A stretch of 63,877 bases of DNA, counting the filler, from Octopus bimaculoides (taxonomy: Eukaryota), in the NCBI RefSeq assembly GCF_001194135.2. It is 7 parts of 7 records of this genome, joined end to end, with 100 filler letters (N's around TTAATTAATTAA, not from the genome) between each part and the next. Parts side by side here need not be neighbours in the genome. Positions count along the whole stretch, not along the records: positions 20,480 to 42,827 come from NC_068994.1; 6 more parts are not named here. The stretch is one strand, 5' to 3'. A program made the position numbers and the translations under genes. Below the pieces are notes generated by a model. The model was not told the origin of the DNA. It made no database searches and was given only the letters and a program-made list of their open reading frames with translations. Every line of letters begins with the position of its first letter. Positions within the stretch are counted from its first letter, which is position 1. This document shows positions 26,691-37,720 of the stretch, piece by piece.

Positions 26691-27451
26691 GAGAGATTGT
26701 CGTGTTCACTTTTTAGGCATGCTTCATCTGTTCTCACTTCCATCCTGATATTATTCAAACATTCAAGCATGTTTGGATTAAGACTGTTGCCCCTACTGGA
26801 GATAGGATTAGGTGTTAGCAGCATTGTGAGTATAAGCATTATGGTCATCATAAGAGGGGGTGATTTCAGACAGAGAGAGAGAGGAAGCAAGTTCATCCAT
26901 ACATACACACAAGCACGCATGCACACAGACACAGGGGAACAAGCACACACATACAGCCCATTAGCTGTCTCCTTCACTTGATATGTGCATGGAAAAATTA
27001 CTGGGTAGTTTTTGGAATATTTCTAGATGGGATGAAATGAAACAAAGGATAGTCAGTTAAGTAGGTGGGAAGGTAACCTTGTTGTGTTTTTCGGGGAGAG
27101 AGGGGTTCAGGTAGTATAGAGAACAGCACCAGTGAGGAAGTGGGACTGAGAGAAGGGACATCTGGTAATGGTGGTGAGAGATCAGTAGACAGAATGAAAC
27201 AAAAGATAGCTGGTAAGTAGGTGGGCAACTGAGATGCATATGTCTCAGGAGAGAGAGAGGAGGAGTGCAGGTAATATATAGAGAACAGTCCAGTGAGGAG
27301 GAGCAGTGGAGAGAAGAGAATCAGGTAATCGTGGTGGGAGGAGAGAGATATCTGGTGTAGATGGTGAGAAGATAGATAAATTCGGGGTCAAGATCGAGAT
27401 ATCTGGTATTGGTGGTGGGGGAGGGACAAGGTTGGTGCACTGCGAACAAGC

Positions 27452-27968
27452 GAGTTTAATTTGGGGAGATGGTATGAGGAACAAACGAAAGGAGTGTTTA
27501 GTATAGAATACATCTATAGTTTTCATGGAGGATGAGAAATTAAACTAGAGAAATGAGGAATTAGAAATTAAACAAGGCCAAGAAATGAGTAATTATCCTA
27601 ATTTAATTTCTGAGAAAAACTAGCCATTAGTAAACAGTACATTTAAAGTGTTAATGCCAAATGCATGTATGAAAGATGAAAGATCAAAAAAAGTGAGTCT
27701 TAGCTTAGCTTAACAATGCATAACCATCATTTGGTGACTGGGCAAGAATACATGAGAGAATTGAATGGTAGGGAGCACATGGAACAGGGATTTTTAAACA
27801 GATAGATGCAACCGGAAGCAAGTTTAGGGGAAATGGTATGAGGAACGAAAGTAGCAGGAGTGTTTAGCATAGAATACATTCGTAGCATTCATGGTGGATG
27901 AGAAATTAAACTAGAGAAACAAGGAATTAGAAATTAGACAAGGCCAAGACACGTGTAATTATCCTAAT
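27452..27968. repeat. Diverged ~150-bp direct repeat pair (27452-27600, 27817-27968) in a purine-rich tract
   Basis: Shared atggtatgaggaac...ggatgagaaattaaactagagaaa...aaggccaaga...taattatcctaat. Confidence 0.85.
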
Positions 27969-28091
27969 AAGTAATGAGGATTTAATTTCCTCATAAGGGA
28001 TTATTTATAACCATCTGGATACCAACTTGTGTTATCAAATATATTGAAAGAAAATTCCACAACATATATGTATAAACAATCCAATAATGTG

Positions 28092-29214
28092 TAAAGTTAA
28101 TAAAAGAAAATGGAGAAGAAAAAAGATAGTGGATACTTGGTTAAATTTATTTGTATCACAATGAAAGAGTAATACATGTAAGATTCAGGATATAATGGGG
28201 TTGGATCAACAAAAGAAATAACTAAGAAAAAAAACATCCTACATTTGTTTCACTCTAGCTTTAGGTTTGAATTATCAGCATTCAAGCTATTTTAGATGTA
28301 AAAAAAACACATTTCGTTTGATATCTTCAGGGATAGATGTGTACCTTCAGGTGTTGAACAACAAAAGAAACTAAGGTGAGGACCGTGTTTTCAAATATTT
28401 AAATGTAAACAATTATTTATTAGGACACCAAGTTTATGTGAGGAGATATTATACATTGAAACTTTGCTAAAATACTATAATGTATTGGAAAAATATACAT
28501 ATAAAGGATTAAGGGATATAAATAAGTCATTTGTCATGGGCTGTTAAGGGTATTAAAGACAGAATGACAGATGAAATAGATTTTTGAGGGGAAAGAAACA
28601 TACATGATTTTGGGAAATAAAAGAGGAAAATAACTCTCTATATACTATAATAAATATTAATATTTATAATTTTTATGTACTAACATATACATTCCAATAT
28701 TCAGAGAAAAGTTATTGTTTACATACTAAGGAGATGAATATATTTTTGAGAAAAAAGTAAGTGTACAGAGAGAAAAGTATATTTTATGAGGGGGAAAAAT
28801 AACGAAAAGAGACGAAATGGGAGAAAAATGGGATAAAAACACAATTTTTTATGTGGGGTATAAGATACAAAAAAAATAAAAATAGATTTACGCTTCAATA
28901 TTTTTAAACACGGTCCTCACCTTAGTTTATTTCATTGTTCAATACCTGAAAGTACATATCTATTCCTGAAGATATCTGACTAAATGTGTGTTTTTTTTAC
29001 ATCTAAAATAGCTTGAATGCTGATAATTCAAACCTAAAGCCGGATTGAAGCATATTTTGAATTTATTTTGTTGTTACTTTTTTGGTTATTTCTTTCATTG
29101 AGTCAGTCCTTTATATCATGAATCTTATATGCATTACCTTTTCATTGTGATACAAATAAAGTTAACCAAGTATCCACTATCTTTTTTCTTCTCCATTTTC
29201 TGTAATTAACTTTA
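28092..29214. repeat. Large inverted repeat (arms ~28092-28420 and ~28870-29214), probably a Penelope-derived fold-back element
   Basis: gaaaaaagatagtggatacttggttaa vs ttaaccaagtatccactatctttttt; taaggtgaggaccgtg vs cacggtcctcacctta. Confidence 0.85.
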
Positions 29215-29231
29215 TATAATATATGTATGTT

Positions 29232-29267
<36 letters not shown>

Positions 29268-29684
29268 AGACCAAAGTGTACATACACCGCCATATGTATA
29301 TAAAAAGGAATACACAAAGTGGGACACAAATGCAAAACATCCAGACAGTTAGATGATACAAAAAAGGGACAAGAAAAATCAAGGATGGGTCATTCAGAGA
29401 TTTCTTTCCTCGGTTGACTTCCAGATTATCTTTGCAATTTTGGCTCGAGATTGCTCCAATCTGGCCAGCCCCAAGTAAAAACTAAGCTAAGAGCACTAGA
29501 TTCCTTGGAAGAAAGCAGCAAATGTATATGGAAATAAGGACGGAAAAAAACGGAGAAATGGTACACAAATGCAAATGCAAATAACAGGACATCAACAACA
29601 GGTGTCTTTTGACTAAGGACGAATTAAATTAAGCTGGCATGTGTGGAAGTGAAGCCTTACAGCAGGGACATAAGAGATACAGAC

Positions 29685-29723
<39 letters not shown>

Positions 29724-29732
29724 CATATATAT

Positions 29733-30135
29733 AGGCGCAGGAGTGACTGTGTGGTAAGTAGCTTGCTTACCAACCCCATCATCCGGGTTCAGTCCCACTG
29801 CATGGCAACTTGGGCAAGTGTCTTCAACTATAGTCTCAGGCTGACCAAAGCCTTGTGAGTGGATTTGGTAGATGGAAACTGAAAGAGGCCCACCGTATAT
29901 ATATATGTGTGTGTGTGTGTGTGTATATGTTTGTGTGTCTGTGTTTGTCCCCCCACCATTGCTTGACAACCAATGTTGGTGTGTTTACACATCACCGTAG
30001 CTTAGCAGTTTGGCAAAAGAGACTGATAGAATAAGTACTAGGCTTACAAAGAATAAGTCCTGGGGTTGATTTGTTCGACGAAAGGTGGTGCTCCAGCATG
30101 GCCACAGTCAAATGACTGAAACAAGTAAAAAGAAT
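29733..30135 (+). mobile_element. Full SINE family A
   Basis: ggcgcaggagtgactgtgtggtaag ... aatgactgaaacaagtaaaaagaata. Confidence 0.92.
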
Positions 30136-30162
30136 ATACATACATACATATACATACATACT

Positions 30163-30254
<92 letters not shown>

Positions 30255-30494
30255 CATACATACATGCATATATATACATAGTGAAACTATTTATAACTTA
30301 TTCTATTGAAGGTTTCACTTTCATTCTTCGAGTTTTGAGATGTAATATGGAACCAGTGCCAATGTTGGATTGTTTTAATCCAGAAAAATTACATGGGGTG
30401 TGATAGTATTACCATGTAAAATTTGACTTGAGTTGGTTGAGCCATTTGAGAATACATCGGGAACAGACAGAGATACAAAGGATTTTATATATAG

Positions 30495-30742
30495 ATTAAC
30501 AAATTGGTCATCTTCACTTCTTATAGCCATTTCAATTAATACTCAGTGATTTAATTACAAATTTGTACATTAAATTTGCATTTATGTTACATGAGTCTAA
30601 TTTCATCAGAGAAAAAAGACCTACCTTGGGATTTTATATGTGGACCTGTCACATAAGTGCAAATTTAATGTACAAATTTGTAATTAAATTACTGAGTATT
30701 AATTGAAACAGCTGTAAGAGGCGAAGATGACCGATTTGTTAA
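30495..30742. repeat. Inverted repeat element (arms 30495-30595 and 30643-30742)
   Basis: aattaatactcagtgatttaattacaaatttgtacattaaatttgca vs its near-exact reverse complement. Confidence 0.9.
30517..30614 (-). ncRNA. Candidate type I hammerhead with a long loop II
   Basis: Minus: uuucu CUGAUGA aauuagacuc [48 nt] gaguauuaauu GAAA u ggcu a UA agaag; stems I, II and III all pair. Confidence 0.7.
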
Positions 30743-30863
30743 TAATAAATAATTCTGAACTTCCTTATATCCATTTTCTTTTCTTATTTATATATTGAAC
30801 TTGGATGCAACCATTTCTTCACAAGGTTAACATATCCTCTTATTAAATTTATGTGTGTGTGTG

Positions 30864-30894
<31 letters not shown>

Positions 30895-30897
30895 ACA

Positions 30898-31110
30898 TTT
30901 TATTCTTTTACTTATTTCAGTCATTTGACTGCACCATGCTTTGAAGGGTTTTAGTCAAACAAAGTGACCCCAGGACTTATTTTTATTTTCAAAGCCTAGT
31001 ACTTATTTCATTGGTTCTTTTGTCAAACTGCTAAGTTGCGGAAACATAAACATACCAACACTGGTTGTCAAGCGGTGAGGGGGGAAAACAAAGACACACA
31101 CACACATAGA
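30898..31110 (-). mobile_element. SINE family A, 3' half
   Basis: tttacttatttcagtcatttgactgc...ggttgtcaagcggtg. Confidence 0.8.
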
Positions 31111-31117
31111 TATACAT

Positions 31118-33238
31118 ATCATCATCATCATCATTTAACATCCACTTTCCATGATGGCATGGGTTAGACAGTTTGACTGGGACTGGTAAGCCAAAGAGCT
31201 GTACCAGGTTCCAGTATGATTTGACATGGTATCCACAGCTGGATGCCGTTCCTCATGCCAACCACTCTGAGACTGTAATGTGCACTTTTTACGTGCCACC
31301 AGCATGAGTGCCATTTACATGACACCAGTAGTGGTCATGACTATGGTTTCATGGGTGCCATTTACATGACACTGGCAATGGTCCAACATTTGAGGCCCAA
31401 TGTTTGATGTTCATGCTTTACCACCTCATCCCATGTCTTCCTGTGTCTCCCTCTTCCACAGGTTCCCTCGACAGTTAGAGATCAGCACTTCTTTACACAA
31501 CTGTCTTCGCCCATATGCATCATATAACCATACCAGCACATTCATCTCTCTTGCTTCCCATATCTGATGCCTCATATGCCCAGTTTTTCGCTGAAGACAC
31601 CTACACTCTGTTGCTCATGCACAATGGCATTTCACATCTAGTGAAGCATACTAGTTTCATTTCTTTCAAGCCTTCGCATGTCATCAGCAGTCACAGTCCA
31701 TGATTCACTGCTGTGGAGAATAGCAGTTCACACATCATACATAGGCCTTTCAATCTGATTGAGAGACCCTTTGTTACTGACAGAAGTGGAAGCTCTCTGA
31801 ACTTTGCTCAGTCTCTTCTTATTCTAACAGCTACACTCTCAGAGCATCCACCTCCACTGCTGTTGGTCACATAGATAATGGAAGCTATCAATTACTTCTA
31901 GGTATTCCCCCTGGTATTTCATGGAGTCTATTTTCATTACATTTCTAGAGTTTATTGTACCTGTACATCTGCCACACATGAAGACTATTTTCTCAGTTAA
32001 CCTTCCTCTGATATTTCTGCGCCTCTTATGTGTCCATAACTTGCACCGGGTACATTTTATGGAGTTTCTAACTCCACCTTTTCTACATATTGAGCAGGGT
32101 CATCTACATGAAGGGATTTGTGACTTGTTCGTTTTCCTACTTACTAAGACTTTGGTTTTTGCTAAATTAACTCTAAAGCCCTTTTATTGTAGATCTTGCT
32201 TCTACACCTGAAATTTCTTCTCTAGTTCTGGTAGGGAATCAGATATAAGAACAAGGTCATCAGTATAGAGGAGCTCCCAGGGGCAGCCAGTCTGAAATTC
32301 CTCCGTTATTGCCTGGAGGACTATGATGAACAGGGAGAGGCTAAAGACTGATCCTTGGTGTACCCCTACTTGTACTCTGAATTCATCGCTGTACTTGTTA
32401 CTGACCCTCACCTTACTGATATCATCCCTGTACATGGCTTGTACAGCTCTCACCAACCACTCATGTATCCCTAGTTTCCACGTTGAACACCAGATAAGGA
32501 AACAGTGGACCCTGTTGAAGGCTTTCACCATGTCAACAAAAGCCAAGTACAGGGGTTTATTTTTGTCTAGTTACTTCTGCAGCTGCCTTACCAGAAATAT
32601 GGCATCAGTGGTGCTTCAGCCTGACACAAAACCAAACTGCATCTCATCTAGACTAACCCTTTTCCTAATTAGTTCGGCTATGACCCCCTCCATAACTTTC
32701 ATCACCCGATCCAACAGTTTGATGCCTCTTATTATTTCTTTCCAAAGTGTCACCTTTATCTTTGTAGTAGTACTATGGTACTGCTACATCAATCATTGGG
32801 TATGACTCCTTAGTGTACAACCTGCTTAACTATACAGATGACTATGCCATAGCCCATACCATCAGATATTTTAAGCATCTCAGTGGTTATTTCCTTGTCT
32901 TCATATCCTTCATGGCATTGTCTACCTTGCTACTGCCTATTCAGATTGCTGGTCCCTCTGTTGGATCCACATTAGGCAAACTCTATTTCTCTCATGAGTT
33001 CTCTACATTTAGTAGCCTTTCAAAGTGGCACTTCCAACCCCCTTTCACTAACTGCAAGTGAACCATCAGCCATACAGACACACTTCTTTCCCACAACATC
33101 ACAATTTTCCCTAGCACACTGTCTTGCAAGATAAAATACTTCAAGTCACTGGTGCAGAACATTGGCAAACTTCTTTCTTTCTGCTTCATCTCTAACTAAG
33201 TATACCTGCTTCCTAGCTTCCCTTCTGGCTGCCTTAGA
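31118..33238 (-). mobile_element. 5'-truncated RTE LINE (RT with PHD-like insert), decayed
   Basis: AFVDMVKAFNRV, VGVHQGSVFS, ELLYTDDLVLI, Cys/His finger at ~31966-32100, (GAT)n tail at 31118. Confidence 0.93.
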
Positions 33239-33485
33239 TCAGGATTCAAGTGAGTCAGGTACTTAAATGGTAAGGTACCAAATTGAGTCAAAGAGTAAAA
33301 TGTGTACCAAAGTACAGGCAGAAAGTTTTTCCAGTTATGTATACAAATAACTGTACATGACTGAGTATATGAATAGTCCTGAGGTTAATCAAGAAGCACA
33401 CACAATGTAATGAATATACAGTCCATAATATACTTCAGATCAATGCAAGGAGCAGATTTCAAGGAAGGTGAATAATAAATAAATG

Positions 33486-33689
33486 AATAACAACAGATGG
33501 ATGATGTGTCAATTCACTACAGCTGTTAAGGATCATAGAATCATGAAGATGCACATCCCTTTGGGTATTGAATGTTTTTAAATGTTATGATTCATGTATT
33601 CACCTGATGATGTAATGTTTCCATTAATCAATTAAAAATTTGGTGGAAACAGCTGTAGTGAATTGACACATTATCTATCTGTTGCTATT
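33486..33689. repeat. Short inverted repeat element (42-bp arms 33486-33527 and 33648-33689)
   Basis: gtgtcaattcactacagctgtt vs aacagctgtagtgaattgacac. Confidence 0.85.
33598..33663 (+). ncRNA. Candidate minimal hammerhead (stem II decayed)
   Basis: auucac CUGAUGA [35 nt] GAAAC AGCU GUA gugaau; perfect 6-bp stem I and palindromic loop III. Confidence 0.65.
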
Positions 33690-33736
<47 letters not shown>

Positions 33737-33739
<3 letters not shown>

Positions 33740-33897
33740 GGCTTCTTCCAGTTTGCATGTACCAAATCCACTCACAAGACTTTGGTCAGCCTGAGGCTAT
33801 AGTAGAAGACACTTGCCCAAGATGTTATGCAGTGAGACTGAATCCGGAACCATGTGGTTGAGAAGGAAGCTTCTTATAACACAGTCACACCTGTGCC

Positions 33898-33898
<1 letters not shown>
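33737..33898 (-). mobile_element. SINE family A, 5' half
   Basis: ccaaatccactcacaag...gaagacacttgcccaag...ccatgtggttg. Confidence 0.85.
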
Positions 33899-33932
<34 letters not shown>

Positions 33933-33949
33933 AAAGAAATATATATCGG

Positions 33950-34582
33950 GAAGTATATTTACCACCTAAATGTGGCTGACCCATATGGGACGATGCTACT
34001 GTAGTTTATAGCCCCAGGAAGATATGTCCTCCAGCTGGCTAATGATACACTGTCTGTGTCTGATCAGTATTTGTGAAGGGAAATCATTGTTCCCATCTCT
34101 AGCCTGACATGATACACACAGACCCGGATTTCTGGGTAGTAACCTGTCATCAGCATGTAACAACCAGCGGCTAGAGATGAGAAGTGATTTCGAATGCAAA
34201 ATACTATATGCTTTTTCCAGTGACAAAAAATTGCTGATCTCGAAAAAGGAGAAACAAGCAATAATAAATCTCTAAGCGAGATGTAAACAGTAGCTGCACG
34301 ACATCGTGAAGTATATTTGCTACCTAAATGTGGCTGACACATATGGGATGATGCTACCATAGTTTATAGCCCCAGGAAGGCATCTCCTCCAGCTGGCTAA
34401 CAACACACTGTTTGTGCCCAGAAATCCGGGTCTGTGTGTATCACGTCAGACTAGATATGGGAATGATGATTTCCCTTCGCAAATACTGATCGGCCAGCTG
34501 GATGAGATGTCTTCCTGGGGCTATAAACTACAGTAGCATCGTCCCATATGGGTAAACCACATTTAGGTGGCAAATATACTTC
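33950..34582. mobile_element. Composite direct plus inverted repeat element (A-B'-spacer-A-B-A'), Penelope-pLTR-like
   Basis: A at 33950 and 34308, inverted A at 34493-34582; B' 34061-34136 is the inverse of B 34417-34491. Confidence 0.85.
34115..34159 (-). ncRNA. Candidate decayed minimal hammerhead
   Basis: Minus: uacaug CUGAUGA ca ggu uacu acc ca GAAA u CCGG g UC ugugug; core intact, stem II closing pairs broken. Confidence 0.55.
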
Positions 34583-34706
34583 ATTTAAATATATATAAAG
34601 AACATTAATACTCATGAAAGATAATAATTGTAGCGGCTGCAGGCTAAAAACCATATACGCAAAATTAATAGATATATATAAGAATTATATATAAGGGAAC
34701 TATGAA

Positions 34707-35083
34707 GCACCAGCTTTGCTAAAAATAGGAGTCAAAATACACTGAAGCCACAAGAATTAACACTAGATTTTCACAGGCATGGTTGGAAAAAAATCTAAGT
34801 GAATAAGGATTGTGTCTTACCTCTGCAAAATTGCAAGAACCATCAGTTAACCTGGTATCATGATTTTGAATTTAGACTTAGCTGAAAAGAATCGAGTGCT
34901 TTTGGCACTAAATTTGAAATCATGATACCAGGTTAATTAGCATTCCTTCTTGTAATTTTGCAGAGGTAAAACACAATCATTATTCCCTTAGTTTTTTTTT
35001 TTCCAAGCATGCCTTTGAAAATCTAGTGTTAATTTTTATAGCTTCAGAGTATTATTGACTCCTATTTTTAGCAAAGCTGGTGT
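34707..35083. repeat. Inverted repeat element (arms 34707-34873 and 34910-35083)
   Basis: caccagctttgctaaaaataggagtcaa vs ttgactcctatttttagcaaagctggtg; ttaacctggtatcatgattt vs aaatcatgataccaggttaa. Confidence 0.92.
34875..34934 (+). ncRNA. Candidate decayed minimal hammerhead spanning the IR loop
   Basis: gacuuag CUGAAAA gaau cg agugc uuuug gcacu aa auuu GAAA u CAUG a UA ccagguu; G8 reads A; palindromic loop III. Confidence 0.5.
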
Positions 35084-35465
35084 TTAATAGCACCCTTGTT
35101 ATGTGTGTATGTATAGGTGTGTGTATGTATATATATATGTGTATATNNNNNNNNNNNNNNNNNNNNNNNNNNNNNNNNNNNNNNNNNNNNNNNNNNNNNN
35201 NNNNNNNNNNNNNNNNNNNNNNNNNNNNNNNNNNNNNNNNNNNNNNNNNNNNNNNNNNNNNNNNNNNNNNNNNNNNNNNNNNNNNNNNNNNNNNNNNNNN
35301 NNNNNNNNNNNNNNNNNNNNNNNNTGTCTGTTTTTTATGTTTTATTTATATTCTTATAAAATTAATGTGGGATGTAGAATATGGAATATATAATATAAAT
35401 AGTAAAATGAAATGAAGTATTGAATGTCTTATTTAATATATGAAATATTGAGTATTAAATATATA

Positions 35466-35509
35466 AGGACTAGTATACTTTCCTGCCTCACGACAGTCAT
35501 CAAGGTCCC
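35466..35509 (-). ncRNA. Minimal hammerhead with a 1-nt insertion in the CUGA box
   Basis: Minus: gggac CUUGAUGA cuguc GUGA ggcag GAAA g UAUA c UA guccu; all three stems pair, GNRA loop II, palindromic loop III. Confidence 0.75.
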
Positions 35510-35606
35510 GTTTGACTACACGTGTGTGTATGTGTATATGTATATGTGTATATATATGTGTGTATATGTGTGTGTATATATATATATTTATATATATATA
35601 TATATG

Positions 35607-36292
35607 CAAAAGAGTTAGGGGTTGAGAATTCAACCCACTAAGGGATAGTATCTACCCAATATACTGCTGGGAAGATACCCAATTATTGTTACACTAGTGT
35701 TATACCAAGTGCAATAAGTGGGTGCAGGTAAAACGGGGTTATTTTACCCTAAATTTATACAGCAATAAGAAAATGGAGGAGAATATGCAGTATCCATCGA
35801 CTTGCAGACAGTATATTCCATTGATTAATTTGTTTATTTTATAACTAAAATGACAAAAGCCACAATATACAGATGCTTAAGACATACCATGTCATATTAA
35901 CAATTAAGGTTACAAATATAAAGGACATTTAGCAATTGGAGAATATACAGAAACTTACAGCTGTTTCGGCCTAGCGTTCGCATGCCCCATTCTATCCCTA
36001 TAGCTCCTGTGCGCCGGAGTAATTAGCAGTAATTACTCCGGCGCACAGGAGCTATAGGGATAGAATGGGGCATGCGAACGCTAGGCCGAAACAGCTGTAA
36101 GTTTCTGTATATTCTCCAATTGCTAAATGTCCTTTATATTTGTAACCTTAATTGTTAATATGACATGGTATGTCATATGCATCTGTATATTGTGGCTTTT
36201 GTCATTTTAGTTATAAAATAAACAAATTAATCAACGGAATACACTGTCTGCAAGTCGATGGATACCGCATATTCTCCTCCATTTTCTTATTG

Positions 36293-36294
<2 letters not shown>
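35607..36294. mobile_element. Hammerhead-family pLTR element forming a ~530-bp palindrome (arms 35761-36025 and 36030-36294)
   Basis: 145 bp perfect plus ~120 bp near-perfect arms around a 4-nt loop gcag; homologous to 54312-54654 and 56918-57425; (TA)n on both flanks. Confidence 0.93.
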
Positions 36295-36324
<30 letters not shown>

Positions 36325-36328
<4 letters not shown>

Positions 36329-36692
36329 TCTTCTACTTGTTTCAGCAATGTGTTTCAGGATCTAATAAAATTTTAACAACAAGTATTTTAATAACAAAGG
36401 CACCAAGGTAGAGTTGCAGATGACATATCTTGTATTAACAATGTGTACAGACAGTTATGTACTAAAACATATACAAATTTGTCTTTCCCGTTACAATTAC
36501 ATCCACATGTATAAACCAAATATATCCAGCATATACGTCCTATATTATTTGTGTGAAAAATCCTAAATGTTAAATTTTCTTTCTTTTTTTCACCTGAAGA
36601 AAACAGTTTTTTTTTACATGATGCAATTGATTCGTTTATGAATAAAAAAGATGTTTGTAACAGTCCATTTCTGAACCTTAGCTTGTTTGTGT

Positions 36693-36738
<46 letters not shown>

Positions 36739-37314
36739 CAGAATATAAACTGTTCCTTGATGGTTTTCTTTTTTATATTTGTTAACATAGTGCACAAATA
36801 TGAGTAACTGACCATTGTTTTGGAACATAAGTTGATTCATAAAGTTTCATACTGATTCTTGCATGGCAGCTTATAATCCCATTAATAACTTGATTTGTCA
36901 TGTTCTCATTTATGTCCTTAATTTTTGGTGTTCAATGTCACTGGACAAAGGCATTAGCTTCAGTTGCTTCATTGCATCCATTCTCTGTACAGTTTTGTCA
37001 TTTCCAGTGTACAAGACATTACTTTGTTTTCTCCAATAGAGTGGGATTTATTTTCTTTAACAATTACATATGAAATTTTGAAGGAAGGCTTGTAATAGTT
37101 TTTCTAGAAGGAGCAAATTCAGATACTGATGTAGTTCTTTCTGATCTTAATGAATTCTTTACTTGGTCATTTTGGCATCACTGATTTCATGCTAACTTAT
37201 TTGACATCAGGCATGTTAATGCTTCTCTTCTTCTCCCCACCACTTTCTCCCTATTTCCCTCTCTCACTCTTTCTGTTTATTTGTGTGAGCATTAGCTATG
37301 TTCTATGTATAAGT

Positions 37315-37384
<70 letters not shown>

Positions 37385-37720
37385 ACTGTATCTATATATG
37401 TGTACATTTCTGCACGCGCGCGCACACGCACACGTGTGTGTATGTGTGCCAAAACAGGTTGTTCAGTCAGCCATGCCAAATCAATGACATCCAAACAGCT
37501 GCACTCAATTGTCTCATTCTAATCATCAATTGAAGTGCTTACCTAGTTTCTTTGCTTGCTTTCAAGATATTTACTCAGCCTTCCTGGCTCCATATTTCCA
37601 TTGCTTATTATCAAATTGCAAGCCATGCATATTGTATTACTTACATCCTCTTTGTCATACAGATGAAGCTGAAATCAACATATTTCATAATCCACTTCCA
37701 TTTTTGACAAACAATAATTT
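36325..37720 (-). mobile_element. hAT/Buster (ZBED5/SCAND3-like) transposase fossil interrupted by microsatellites
   Basis: Remnants ICMACNLIISNGNMEPGRLSKYLESKQ (BED finger), SFKISYVIVKENKSHSIGE, EST....NNGQLLIFVHYV, NFIRS. Confidence 0.75.
37317..37381. repeat. (CT)n microsatellite inside the Buster fossil
   Basis: Direct reading. Confidence 0.95.

Noticed and set aside
29340-29620. CTGAATGA motif on the minus strand of a dispersed repeat
   Set aside because: No matching GAAA and stems found
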